Positions 47,916 to 60,657 of a DNA stretch of 64,000 nt are shown piece after piece. Made by a program: the position numbers and the translations under genes. Within the stretch, counting starts at the first letter, position 1, and the number at the start of each line of letters is the position of its first letter. This DNA comes from Azolla caroliniana (taxonomy: Eukaryota > Plantae > Polypodiophyta): assembly GCA_043228905.1 (NCBI GenBank), contig JBHGNT010000018.1, positions 9,424,001-9,488,000 of the forward strand, given 5' to 3'. Below the pieces are notes generated by a model, which saw only the letters and a program-made list of their open reading frames with translations, was not told the DNA's origin and ran no database searches.

Positions 47916-47952
<37 letters not shown>

Positions 47953-50900
47953 ACATGTCAACTAGCACATTTCTCCCAAAAAACTGGCTTCAGGACTTTA
48001 TTTTCTATAACCCAAGGGCTGAAGGCTATAACATTTTCACAGAAAAGGCAATGCTAATAACTACAGAAAGCTAAATAAGGTCTTTGAAGTGATGAACTCA
48101 CATACAATGTAAGAGGTAGACTTATTACTCTGGAAACATGGAATAGATTATTGTCCCAGCTAGAGTGAAACAAATAAAAGATCATATTTGTGATGGAAAA
48201 TCAAATTCAATGTTGTGTGATTAAGGATGAGTTGGTGTAAACTTGCTTTAGCCATATCCTTGAACTCTGTTATCCAATTTCAATGGAAAAGTGCTTGATC
48301 TGACCTTCTGGAGTCCATTTTCCATATGAATGTAAAAACACTACACTATGAGCTTTAATAATTGTCCAAATGTTACACGATCCTGATTCATTGGACATAT
48401 TTGAAAACAATATTGGCGGAAGGAATTAGAGATTAAAATCCAGTTCTGATATCAATTGTTGAGAATGGAGTGAATTGATTTACCCAAATACATTATAATA
48501 CAACTGAGAGTAAATTACTAAGCTGAAAATACGGATTAGATATTAAGCAATGTCCAAGTTTAGAAAGAAGTTACTACTACATACTTGGATATCTATGGTG
48601 TTACATAGCTAGTGTTGTACAAATGGAAAACAATCTCTAACCAACTAACTCTAGAGTAAAAAGTGTCTATGTCAAAGAGTTTTCACACCAAAGCTTCCAA
48701 CATTGTCTGTCCTCATTACTCATGAGAGGATGTTGATAAATTTGTGTCACATCCTCAATGCAAGTTTGTCTTCTCTACGAAAGCAGAAAAGGGTTGCAAA
48801 GTCATTATCTTTCAAAAAGAAAGAGCTCCAACATGTGTCCGTCCACTAGAAAGTTTTTCATACCATCATGAATGAGTACTAGATTTTATGATTAGACAAA
48901 CAGTGCACGCAATCCAAGTGTTTAGGACTAATTTGAGGACCAAGTGTCAACAGTATTATGATCATACTAATGAATCAATGATGAGCAAGGAATAGGAAAT
49001 TAGGGAGAAGAATGGATAAAGGGTGCTTGACCACACCGATCTCCCCCGAGTGAAGGACATGCGACAAACATAAAATATCATTGGTGGCATCGAATATTAC
49101 CTTATCTTATACTTGGGTTGTTGAATGATGGATCTGAAGAAGAGAGCTTAGCCTCACCAATAGAATCTTGACAGCAACTCAAGATGGCTTCCTGAAGGGG
49201 TAGCTAGTTCTCTTTATATAGGTCAATACCTAAGGCTCCTAGAACACCACATGTTCCCACGTGTCATAGGTCCATATAGGTTTGTCCCACATCCGAAATA
49301 CCATTTTTCCATTTATCCTACTGTCAACCCAATAAAACTAGCTATGGAATCGGTGTAAGGTTATGCCCATAACCAAAATGTTACTACCTTTACATTACAT
49401 TACGTACAAGCACTTCAAAATGGTTGAAATATGTCCTTTTTTGAACTTGATAATATTCATGATCGAAAATGTACTAATACATTAACATTATTCTTTTTGG
49501 GATAAGTACACCACCATTTACGTTTATCACTGGGGTCTACCAGCACATGTGGGTTTTCCCAGCAGTAATACCAGATTCTAGTCTTGCATTGAAGTCTCAA
49601 GTGGTGAAAAACTCCTAGTCTCTTAGAAAACAACCGTTTTACTTAAATAGTTATGGGCTCACAGGTTTCGTTGACTGGTTCTGCTCCCATGCTCATGCAG
49701 CAGAATCACGAACAGTCAAGTTACAATCACATCCTGGCTATCTTTCTTGAATGCATCATAGACAGAGATATCATCTATGATTCTGATTGGGCCTAATCAA
49801 ACCCTGGTGAAAACAAAAAGGCTACATATATCCTACTGTAAAGAAGCTCATGCCAAAGGTGCACCTGCATGTAACTGTTGTTTTTCTTACATTTCACAGT
49901 CCTCTCTTCATGTAGCCAGAAACCACATAAATATTACAATCCAAAATGAGCTGAATACTCTCTTTCTGTAGTACTTTTGTAGATTCCATGCTTGGCATGA
50001 TAGCTTGTCCCAGTTTTGGGACATCATTGACAAGTCAGAGTATTTGAATCGTGGAATGTATCTCGATAGGCCGACACTTGTAACCACAAGGGGTCTACAA
50101 TATGGTTTCATGCATTTCAATCCTAAATGTCTTCTCAGCAAAGCATTTTTCATCTTCGCAATCTGATATTATGTGAAGAGTAATATGCTGCCTTCTCAAA
50201 CATCTACATCACAAATCGTTATCTGGATAACGAATCCTTTAAAGATGATAATATACTGATTCACCTTCCAATTCTATGCATCACAATGGTTGCAATCTTT
50301 CTCAGCTCAATCACTAGAGGAACTCACTACAATAGGCTGCCCTATGTATGTGGGGTGACTGAGGTGGTTGCACTAGAACACCCTTAATTTTGCTCAAATC
50401 TACCCTATTTTTTGTTTGCAAATGACATCTACATATAAGCATACAAATGTCAAAAGTAACAATGTTAATATTTGGATTTTCCAAACTGTGTATTCGAGCA
50501 GAATCTAGTCTAGTTTCACTTCATTTGTGCATTTTGCCATCATGCCTGATCTACTTTTCGGATAATATCTAACTTTTTTGTAGAAACAATGCGCTCCCAT
50601 GCCTGTCATTTGGTAAATCCAGTTGCTTGATATATACCCATCCATGAGCTTGTGCAATCGTTTCAAATGTTTTTTCAAATCAATGAAGTGGAAGGATAAT
50701 GTTTGTATTTTCTTGTAGCTTCTGTTCAATGAAGCGCTGAAGGAAACACCATGAATCATTGCGCAATACCCACCTCTAAAACCTGTATGATGAATAGGTC
50801 AATTGTTTTCTGCCTCTGTTCATGCACTTGATTTTTTCGCGAATATGGTGTTATAAAGCTTAAAATGATGTAATTTACTATGTTTTATGCTAAAAGGCTA

Positions 50901-52102
50901 GGAGATGTTGGGTCCAGATGCTTGCCTATGAAATTTTATGTGATACAATGTAAAAATGATACCTAAAGGATTAGGGTTTAGGAATGAGCCTAAATTTCTG
51001 ATGCTAAAAAATTCTGCTGAAGGGAGAGACACTGTAAACCAGCTTTTTGGAACTAGAGTCGCTGTGTTAGCTGGAGATTTTATCTTTGCTCAGACATCCT
51101 GGCTTCTGGCAAACCTAGAGGACTTGGAAGTAATCAAGTTGATAAGCCAGGTAAGGTATTTTTTTTCATTTCATATCACATTTGTTTTTGCCTTTCTTTT
51201 TTTGCATTTGTCTGTCTGTTTGTTATTGTTATTGTTATAGTTTCTCATTTGATTGAGATATTCTTTGCTGGGATCATGGAATTTTGTTATTTGTTTGGTT
51301 TGTTCTTGTTTATTTCCCTATGTAAGGTGTTTTTTTTCATTTCATATTTTATTTGTTTTTGCCTTTCTTTTTTTGCATTTGTCTGTTTGTTTGTTATTGT
51401 TATTATTATAATTTCTCATTTGATTGAGATTCTTTGCTGGGATCATGGAATTTTGTTATTTGTTTGGTTTGTTCTTGTTTATATCCCCATTTATATTATT
51501 ATTATTGTTAAGTTTTCTTTTGTCATTATGATTTTTTTGCTGGGATCATCCAGGTTATTAAGGACTTTGCAAGTGGTGAGATAAAGCAAGCGACGTGTCT
51601 ATATGATTGTGATGTCTCCATTCAAGACTATCTCCAGAAAAGCTACTGCAAAACAGCCTCATTGATTGCTGCAAGCACGAAAGGTGCTGCCATATTCAGT
51701 GGAGTTAGCATGGAGGTGAAAGAGAAAATGTATGACTATGGAAAGAACTTAGGCTTAGCTTTTCAGATTGTGGATGATATATTGGATTTCACAGAATCCT
51801 CTGATCACCTAGGCAAGCCAGCTGCAACAGACCTCAAGAAAGGTAATCTAACCTTACCTGTCTTATATGCCTTGGAGAAAGAACCAGGTCTACGAGACTT
51901 AATTCAAACCGAATTTGTTAACGCCGGAGACTTAGACAGAGCGATTTCATTGGTGTTTGAAAGTGGTGGTATTGAAAGTGCCCGATGTCTTGCAAGGGAG
52001 AAGGGAAGGTTAGCATCAGATTGCCTTGTTTGTTTGCCGGAAGGGACAATGCGATCATCACTTGAGGGTATGGTGGATTATGTTCTTGATCGGCTTCATT
52101 GA
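46155..52102 (+). CDS. SPS: Solanesyl diphosphate synthase (trans-long-chain prenyl diphosphate synthase), probably plastid-targeted; 6 exons, 399 aa
   Basis: GT-AG exons at 46155-46335, 46410-46519, 46625-46752, 47540-47643, 51023-51150 and 51554-52102 splice in frame (1200 nt). Motifs: [28 protein letters not shown] (FARM), [22 protein letters not shown] (SARM). The N-terminus is S/T/K-rich like a transit peptide. The start codon is the least certain part. Confidence 0.92.
51151..51495. repeat. ~172-bp tandem duplication forming most of SPS intron 5
   Basis: gtaaggt(a/g)ttttttt...ttgctgggatcatggaattttgttatttgtttggtttgttcttgttta repeats at 51151 and ~51322. Confidence 0.85.
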
Positions 52103-53589
52103 AAATGGGCCCCAATTGTTATTTGAGATATGATAGAGTGTGAATCACATGGAATGTATATATGAGGTTGTCAACAGTTATGATTCATGTCTGTAGAGCA
52201 TTTTGATCTCTAGTCAAGGCCATTTGTGATTCTTTTACTTCACCATAGCAGGGGTATTCTAAGCTCCCATGCGCCTTTACATATGATGATGATGTAATTT
52301 GCCTCATGATTTCATGTAAATCAGATCTATTTGTTTTTGTATACCAGGCGCATTTTGTTGCTTTGAACCAGTTGAGGAGACTTGTTAATGACTTCACATC
52401 ATTTTAATAAGCTTTATGGAAAATATTAGTCAATAGGAGTGACTGACTTTGTTAAATGGATAGAAAATTGGTTTTTGCAACTGTAAAATGTGTTAAAAAC
52501 TACTGTGATATGAGAAATTTTTTAAGCGTATGAGAACAAAAAGATTTGTGGCATTGCACAAGAGTTTTGAGTCTAATTTATCTTTTGCATTGACTACATC
52601 AATTCCCCTTGTGGAACATCATAAACTTTGTCTTATTTGGTATGAGGTAGTAAAAAATGTCTTATAAACTTCTTCAGGATGCCATTCAGTAGATCATTAC
52701 AACATGTCCATTGAACATGCTCTAAGTATTGAAAGATGCATGCTTCTTATTAGGTCACAGTAAATATAGACATATTGCAATTTGTCATAAATAAGGGTTG
52801 AGGTTTCAGACGTTTGTACAAGCTTTCTTTGCTCTATATAAATCAAAAATATTGATTGATGTAAGAATGGGATCCAAGTATTAAAAAGACTCATTGGAGA
52901 ATGGATGATGTTGTACCTAGTCATGGCAATAACAGAAAAAGGGGCTGCTCTCTTGTGTTTGAGTCACCCAATTTAATATTTGTGTGAAATTACTACAAAA
53001 ACCTTGACTTTCTATTATGAAGTCTAAAATCATAGGTTTAGACGGTCATGGAATTGAGAAGGAAACCATGCATTGTGAGAGCATGAAATGTTCCTAGGGG
53101 TAAGTAAGAGGGCAATCATGTCTAGTGTCCGCCTCCATCAACAAATGCTTGTGTGCCATGTGGACTTGTTGGTTACGTAATGTACTTTATTGATATTGGA
53201 TGCGGACATTAGTTATGAATTGGGAAAAGCTTCGAAATGCTCCAAATGTTTCATCATTGCCACGTGTGTTTCAATACTTTGCTATTTTCGCAAGTGTTCC
53301 TAAGATTTTGTTATGTCCTTGGATCAGCTTAGAAAGAGAAAAGAATTGCTCGAATTGCACATGGAAATGAGAAGAAGGGGATGAAGTGACTGCTGACTAC
53401 ATAATCTCTGAAATAGCACCTGAAATTGCTGGCCGGGGCAGGGGCACTTGGAGGGGCACGAAGAAATTAAGAAAAACTGGTGGTGGATGATGCTTGTAGA
53501 GTATGTAGTGTAGTGACAAGTTATGGGATCATCTTGTATGGTTTCTTCTTTCTATGGACATTTTATAGAAGGCCATTCTTTAGACAGTG

Positions 53590-56547
53590 ATGGAAAGACA
53601 GAGCAATAAAATGCTCTCTCCCCTGTCTCTTCTCATAAAGCATTGCATCACCTCAAACTTGCTCTACGACGGACGACTACCCCATTCTAGCTTCCTTCAA
53701 CGTGGACCCACCCAAGACCATACTCTTGTACAGAACCTTCTTATACAAATGTATAGCAAATGTGATGCACTTGATGATGCATGTGCAACTTTCCAAGCTA
53801 TGGAAGACCACAATGTCTTTTCTTGGACTATATTGATGGGAGCATATGCTGACCATGGATATTACGAGCAAGTTCTGTTTCTCTTCAAAAGAATGCTATC
53901 ATCTGGGATTACTCCAAATAGGGTCACCCTCATCACCATTGTCTCTGCTTGTGCAAACATGGGAAACATAATTGGAGGTAAACTTGTCCATTCTTGTATT
54001 GAAACCAGCCCATGTGATATCACACTTGGTAATGCCCTTGTTAGCATGTATGACAAATGTGGAAGCATCGGTAATGCGTACTTAGTGTTTGGCAGAATGC
54101 CACAAAAGAATGCTATCTCGTGGAACTCCATGATTGCATCATATGCGCATCATGGACATGGCATTGGGGCTCTTCAGTTCTTCTATCAGATGTTACTAGA
54201 GGATGTGTTCCCTGATAAGGTAAGCTTTGTAAACGTGCTCGATGTATATGCAGATTATGCTAGCTTAGTAGAATGCAAAAGGATGCATGTTCGTGTCATG
54301 GTGAGTGGGTTTGCGTCCGATGTGGTGCTAGCAACTGCTGTTGTATGTATGTATGGAAAACATGGTAGCATGGATAATGCGTGGATCATGTTCGACTACA
54401 TGCCTGACCCAAACATCATCTCATGGAATGCCATCCTTGCATCCTTTGAAGCACACAGATGGGAAAAGGATGTCATTCAGCTTTTCCAGCAAATGCAGCT
54501 GCGAGGCTTGGTACCCGACAAAGTGACATGTGTCACTGTTTTTACTGCGTGTGCAAGTAGTCTCAAGGAAGGGAAAAGGTTGCATTCATGTATAAAATAT
54601 AGTGGCCTTTGTTGGGATTTGATCCTCTGGAATGCACTTATTAACATGTATGGAGATGGGGGCATGTTGAATGAGGCTTTGGCATTGTTTGAGGAAACGC
54701 CCATGAGAGATGTTGTCTCTTGGAATGGGGTCATTGCAGCCCATGCCCACCATGAATGTGGTAAGCAAGCCATTCAGCTTTTCCAACAGATGCAACTGGA
54801 ATGTGTGGTGCCGAATAAGGTTACACTTGTAAGCACCATTGATGCATGTGCTAGTGAAGTTATGATCAGCGAAGGTAAACGAGTTCATGCTCGCATTATG
54901 GGTTGTGGATTTGAAGGAGAAGTGGCCGAAAATAATGCTATTCTGAATATGTATGGGAAGTGCGGTCGAGTTGAGCATGCCCGTAAAATGTTCGATACGA
55001 TGGAGAAACGGGATGTGATATCGTGGAGCTCTTTGGCAGCTGCGTACACTCAGCATGGATATGGATCAGAGGCTATACAATTGTTCGATCAGATGCAAAT
55101 TGAAGGGGTTTTGCCCAATAAAGTTACATATGTGAGCCTTCTTGATGCTTGTGCGAGCCAATCAGCACTAGCTGAGGGAAAAGTAATACACACTCATATC
55201 CATGATGGACGAGCCGAATCCGATCTTGTGGTTGGCAATGCTCTAATGAACATGTATAGCAAGTGCCATAGCTTGATGACGGCAAGAAAAATCTTTGATG
55301 GAATGCATAGGCGAGATGTGGTGTCCTGGACAGCAATGAGTTCAGCCTATGCCCAGGAAGGCTATCAAGACGTGGCTCTTCAGCTTTTCTTTCAGATGCA
55401 AGATGAGGGGGTTTATCCCAACAACATCACTTTTATCAGCATCCTTGATGCATTTGGTAATCAGGCAGCATTAATAGAAGGGCACGCAGTTCATGCTCAC
55501 ATTGTTGAAAGTGACATCGTAGAAGTAGATCTAGAAGTGGGCAATGCCATCACGAGCTTATATGGAAAATGTGGGTGTCTGGAGGATGCACACAGGGTCT
55601 TTGATCGGATGCCTCAAAAGAATGTGATCACGTGGACAACCATGATTTCTAGCTATTCCCAGTATGGAATGGGCAAGAAAGCGTATAAGCTTTACCAAAG
55701 AATGCAAGGGGCAGGTATGAAACCGAATAGGGTCACATTGCTAAGTGTACTAACGGCTTGCAGCCATGCTGGATTAATAGAGGAAGGATGCCTTTGCTTC
55801 CATATGATGTGCCATGAGCATGACATTGCTCCCACATTAGAGCATTACAATTGCATGGTGGATCTGTTCACTCGAGCTGGTAAAGTAGAAGAAGGGATTA
55901 ATGTGATCCATAAGATGCCGATGGGTCCAGTGGCCACTACTTGGATGACGGTGCTTGGGGCATGCAAAATGCACCTAGATTTGGAGAGAGCCATGTATGC
56001 CGCTGAGAAAGTATTTGAACTCGACCCTAAGAATGCCACCCCTTATGTTTTGTTATCTAATATCTTTGCTGAAGCAGGAAGATGTGAGGATGCTGAGCAT
56101 ATAAGAGCTATGATGCTTGAGAAAGGACTTACGAAGCCATTAGGTTGTAGCTCCATTATAGTCGAGGGAAAAACCTATGAATTTCATTCAGGGGATGACA
56201 CACATCCGCGGTTTAGCGACATCTGTATAGAGCTTGAAAACCTATATAAGCAGATGAAAGAGGAAGGTTATGTAACTAAAACAAATCTTGCAGTGCAAGA
56301 GGAGGAAGAGGAAGAGGAGGATCTTCCATACTACTACCATAGTGAGAAGTTGGCCATTGCATTTGGTTTAATTAGTACTCCTCCTTGGTCACCCCTTGTC
56401 ATTAGAAGAAATCTTCGTATTTGCCAAGAGTGCCACTCAACTATGAAATACATATCAAGAGTAACTCAACGTCAGATAGTTGTGAGTGATGGTCACTTTG
56501 CCCATCGTTTTAAGGGTGGGATGTGTACATGTTCGGATGATTCATAA
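53590..56547 (+). CDS. Intronless PLS-class pentatricopeptide repeat protein with E/E+ and DYW-like deaminase domain (organellar RNA-editing factor type)
   Basis: 985-aa ORF with about 7 P-L-S triplets (NALxxMYGKCG...A..VFDxM..RDVVSW). E domain (PYVLLSNIFA), PG-box-like KPLGCSSI, HSEKLAIAFGL, NLRICQECH, and C-terminus HRFKGGMCTCSDDS. Confidence 0.95.
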   Translation: MERQSNKMLSPLSLLIKHCITSNLLYDGRLPHSSFLQRGPTQDHTLVQNLLIQMYSKCDALDDACATFQAMEDHNVFSWTILMGAYADHGYYEQVLFLFKRMLSSGITPNRVTLITIVSACANMGNIIGGKLVHSCIETSPCDITLGNALVSMYDKCGSIGNAYLVFGRMPQKNAISWNSMIASYAHHGHGIGALQFFYQMLLEDVFPDKVSFVNVLDVYADYASLVECKRMHVRVMVSGFASDVVLATAVVCMYGKHGSMDNAWIMFDYMPDPNIISWNAILASFEAHRWEKDVIQLFQQMQLRGLVPDKVTCVTVFTACASSLKEGKRLHSCIKYSGLCWDLILWNALINMYGDGGMLNEALALFEETPMRDVVSWNGVIAAHAHHECGKQAIQLFQQMQLECVVPNKVTLVSTIDACASEVMISEGKRVHARIMGCGFEGEVAENNAILNMYGKCGRVEHARKMFDTMEKRDVISWSSLAAAYTQHGYGSEAIQLFDQMQIEGVLPNKVTYVSLLDACASQSALAEGKVIHTHIHDGRAESDLVVGNALMNMYSKCHSLMTARKIFDGMHRRDVVSWTAMSSAYAQEGYQDVALQLFFQMQDEGVYPNNITFISILDAFGNQAALIEGHAVHAHIVESDIVEVDLEVGNAITSLYGKCGCLEDAHRVFDRMPQKNVITWTTMISSYSQYGMGKKAYKLYQRMQGAGMKPNRVTLLSVLTACSHAGLIEEGCLCFHMMCHEHDIAPTLEHYNCMVDLFTRAGKVEEGINVIHKMPMGPVATTWMTVLGACKMHLDLERAMYAAEKVFELDPKNATPYVLLSNIFAEAGRCEDAEHIRAMMLEKGLTKPLGCSSIIVEGKTYEFHSGDDTHPRFSDICIELENLYKQMKEEGYVTKTNLAVQEEEEEEEDLPYYYHSEKLAIAFGLISTPPWSPLVIRRNLRICQECHSTMKYISRVTQRQIVVSDGHFAHRFKGGMCTCSDDS

Positions 56548-59405
56548 ACTTTGTTTACCAAACTGTTTCAGTTGTGATAAAAAAGTGGTACATGGATCAA
56601 GAACCATGTTAAGTTGTGATTTGGCAAGGTGGTGCACCGATCAATAACCATATTAATTTATGATTTGGCAAGGTGGTACCTGGATTTAAACATCCTCTTA
56701 AGTGATGCTTTGAAAGGTGATACATGGCTCATGGTAACAAGCAAAAAAGAAAAAGAAACAGATGGTGTTTCAATACCAAGTGCTGGTTTGTATGTAATTA
56801 AGACGCCGATGTAACTTTTTTTTGTATACCTATATTACTAGTGGGAAACCTGGGTGTGAAGTAAAAACCCACAAAATAACGACGAGAAATGTACAGAAGT
56901 GTCCAGTAGACACTAAGGTGCATAGAAGCATTCAAAGTAAAGAATGCAAGTTTGATGTGAGATATCCCTAAATTGTAAGCAATTGAATAGAGATTGTTCG
57001 AGGGACTGATTGAAGAAGCCAACTTATAGTTGGGGTTTTGACCAAATACCTTACGATTCCGAGTCTCATACAAATGGTCAAAAGTGATTAAATTTTGTCC
57101 ATTGGAGGTAACAGCGATGTTGGTGGAAAAACAGGGGTACTGGTAAATGGAGGTCTGGTCTTTTTCAGTTAAGCAAAGTGAATTGCGATTATTTTGTGTG
57201 TTTCCCACTGGGTTGAATATTAAAAAGAGAAAGAGAAACTAGACAATTGCTAGAGATCCATTAAGAAAAGAAAAGACAAGAAGTGGAATGGCATGGTCAG
57301 AGTCATTCGACCTCCCCATGCTCTCTGACAGGATGCACCTCACCCTTCCACTAGCTATGCGAGGTTTGGAAACAATGTGATATTGCCTTGATGTTGGTGG
57401 TCTAGCTTATGGACTAGAATTGGAAACAATGGGGTGGTGAATCGGGAACAATGGAGGGTTGAGGAAGGAATCGGAAACATGGGCATACACACATACCTTG
57501 TATGTTTATGGGGAGTTTTGCGGATAAAAAGGTACTTGTAATACAACAAGTGACAAATCCGAGATAAAATTGGTAAGACCTTTTTTTTTTGGCATTCAAT
57601 ACCATGGATGTTTGTGGAATGAGGTCTGACTCCTGAGTAGTTATGAGAATTCTTTTCTGCTTTGGCTTGGTTACATGCTCGATCAAGAAAACCGAAAAGA
57701 AAGAAGCAAATTGTTGAATCCGATTTGGGCTTGAAGTCAGCGGCAATGAGAAATGTGTAGGGGAACGGATCCATGTTTTCTTCTTACATGTCTTCAATGT
57801 TAAAAGAAACAGAGAATATGAAAAGTGCATAATACACGTGGTGCACACATACACTCACACACACACACACACACACAGACAGATATAAATAGAGAAGCAA
57901 TTGGTCAGCAATATCATGTGATGCCTTTTTTTTCTCTTTCTCTCTCTAATTCACTTTGGGAGCAAGGAAAACTGGTTGAAAAGACAGGCAGGAAATTGGC
58001 AGCAAAAATATATGTACCTCTATGTAATTCTGTGGACGTAAGAAAAAATAAATAAATAGATTGTATGTGTTAAAAAAACCAATCCGGCAGGAAAATCATA
58101 TATACATATACATATATATATATATGCTTAGATTCTCTCTCTCTCTGTCTCTCTGTTTGTCTCTCATCTTTCTCTCTGTGCCTGTCTTTGTTGCTTTGTC
58201 AAAGGATTCCTCTCCGCCTGTTTTCATTGCACTCATCATCAAATCACAACCTCTCATTCTCCCTTATTAAACAGATCACAAGGAGGAAGACGCAACACAG
58301 AAACAGATCACAAGGAAGAAGAAGAAGAAGAAGAAGAAGAAGAAGAAGAAGCAACACAGAGAAGGACGTAGAAGAATAAGCGTTGCTGCCCATTTCATAC
58401 ACATAAATAAATAAGTAAACTACATATACACACACATATATCTGTCTTGCCAAAGGCTCTGTTTCTCTGATTGAGGGGTGGAGAGTGCATACTCTGTGTT
58501 CCAAGGATTCGAAAAGATTAATATAGCCTTTGGTTTTCTTTGGCAGAGAAGGAAGGAGATGCTTAGTTCGTTGTTTGGGAGGGGATTTGTTGTGTTCTCA
58601 AGGTTCATGGGCCGCTTCCCTGCAACATCAGCAACCTACTACAAACCCCCTCACCACACATCCAAGGACACCATCGCCATCGCCATTGCCACTGATGACG
58701 ATGGCGATGATCTTCATCATGATGACCTTTTTCATCCACTGCCAACAACGCTTCTACTTACCCATGCCTTAGCCTCTACTTTGGTCTTCTGATCGTATGG
58801 ATCTACCCTTCTTCATCTCCCCATTGTCTGCTGCTGTTTTCATCATGCTTCTGCCAGTTTGTTTCTCACTCCATATCATCATCTGAGTCTTGTCCTTTCA
58901 CGGTCCGCACAACTCTCAGTCAGACTACTTCCTTTTCATTCCATCGACAGCGACCTCCATTCTAATCTCATGATTCTCGAATTCCCCTTCATTCTATTCG
59001 ATCCAATTCTCAACTCCAATCCTTTGGGATTCGAGATCATCCATTTGCATTTTCTTTGTTTACTCAATTTGAATCCGGTCGCAAGCCTGAATCCTGGAAT
59101 TCATATCCATCCTGTCATGAAATGCAATTTCATATATATACACATTTTGATTGTTACAAATACAGTGACATTCTCATTTTGATCAGCCATTATCTTAAAT
59201 TCCAATCAAACTCAGTCTCCATTGGACCTCTTTTTGTGTGTGTGTGTGTGTGTTGGGGGGTGTGTTTCCCTTCAAATTCCATTCAATGGAATCCACCCTC
59301 ATATTCATGTACCATCATTTCAGGGTGTAAGTTGTAACATCAAATCAGCAAAGGGCAAAACTCTCAAAATGCCCATGCCCTTGGGCCCTTGGGGGGAGGG
59401 GGGGC

Positions 59406-59683
59406 TTTCCATTATTTCCCCAAATGCCCTTTCCCTTGTCAATCCCCTGTTTGTCCGTTTCTTTGTTTAGGCAGGTGCTTGTTTGGTCAATAAGGAATGG
59501 TCAATTAGTTCATCCCCCATTTCCTCCATTGTAGGTGTTAGTTTGAGACATGACATGGTAGTTTCATCCCCATTTCCTCTCTTTTGAGGTTTGACCCAAC
59601 TGGGGGGTGGAGGGTGGACCTTGGGGGTACGTGTGAATAATGACACTAACTAAAGGTAAGGGCATTTGGAGAAATAAAGGAAA
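59406..59683. mobile_element. Possible MITE / foldback element
   Basis: ~31-bp imperfect inverted repeats tttccattatttccccaaatgccctttccctt / aaggtaagggcatttggagaaataaaggaaa. No TSD was found. Confidence 0.45.
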
Positions 59684-60657
59684 TATCGGGGAATATTATA
59701 TTGGGGGGGGTGGGGAGTTTTTCTTCGATACATAGATCTCACACTTGATTCATGTTATTTGTATACAAACCTTTCTTATATGCAAAAATCCCAAAGTTAT
59801 AATTGTACATATCCTCCGCATGATTCAATCCCAATCGTTGATTAAGTTTTTTCAATGTGTAATTAAGTTGTTCTAATGATTGCAATATGCAATTCCAGTT
59901 GATTTAGTGTGCTTGTCCTCAACTGCATTCATCGTAACCATTGGTGATATTTGTGGGCTTAAGGTTTACAAAATCATCACATAGAGAGTGTAATTAAAAT
60001 CCTTGGTGCCAAGAAATGCAAAATTCATGAGGTTCCCCTACTTTGAATCTATCGCTTCAATCCCGCATCTCACACTAAATAATTTGTAGTATGCATTTCC
60101 CTAGAATAGTGATCCCAAAGTGTTTTCCAAATTACGTTGTGAAAAGGTAATTTAAAAATTATTTTGGAACAAAATCGTGTTTGGTTGTCCATGTTTTTTC
60201 TTAATTTGCAAAAGATGGAATTGTTCTATACGTAGCTTTAAGCAACGAGTAAGATTAATTTATGAAAGGGAGAGTTGAGGAACCCACAAAGGCATAGTCC
60301 AATAAACCAAGGAGTGCATAGAAGGCATGCCCCTAGGAATACAAGCTAAATGGTTTGAATCTCCCTTCTAACCTATCATAATACCAAATGTTCATTTGTT
60401 GTGTTGACATCCATTGAGTACCAATAGGAACAATGACATCTTCTTGGTGACGAATTTTGATCTCCTAGTTGGGAGATAGGTTTAGTAGATCCAACAAAGT
60501 TCCCAAAATGTGATGACTTCGACATATTCCTATTGAAGATGGGCTTTTCCAAGATAACCTAGTCTACGTTGTTGTGATGTGGCATGTAGAGGAGGAAAGT
60601 GTCTATAACTCCGTTTATGATAGGTTAGGGTTATGGTCAAAGAAGTTGAATGGACAA

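Noticed and set aside
48900-50800. Possible solo LTR and coding relics in SPS intron 4
   Set aside because: I could not define termini, a TSD or convincing protein motifs.
57355-59470. Several 60-146-aa ORFs as small secreted peptide genes (CLE/EPF/DVL)
   Set aside because: No family motif was found, and several derive from microsatellites.
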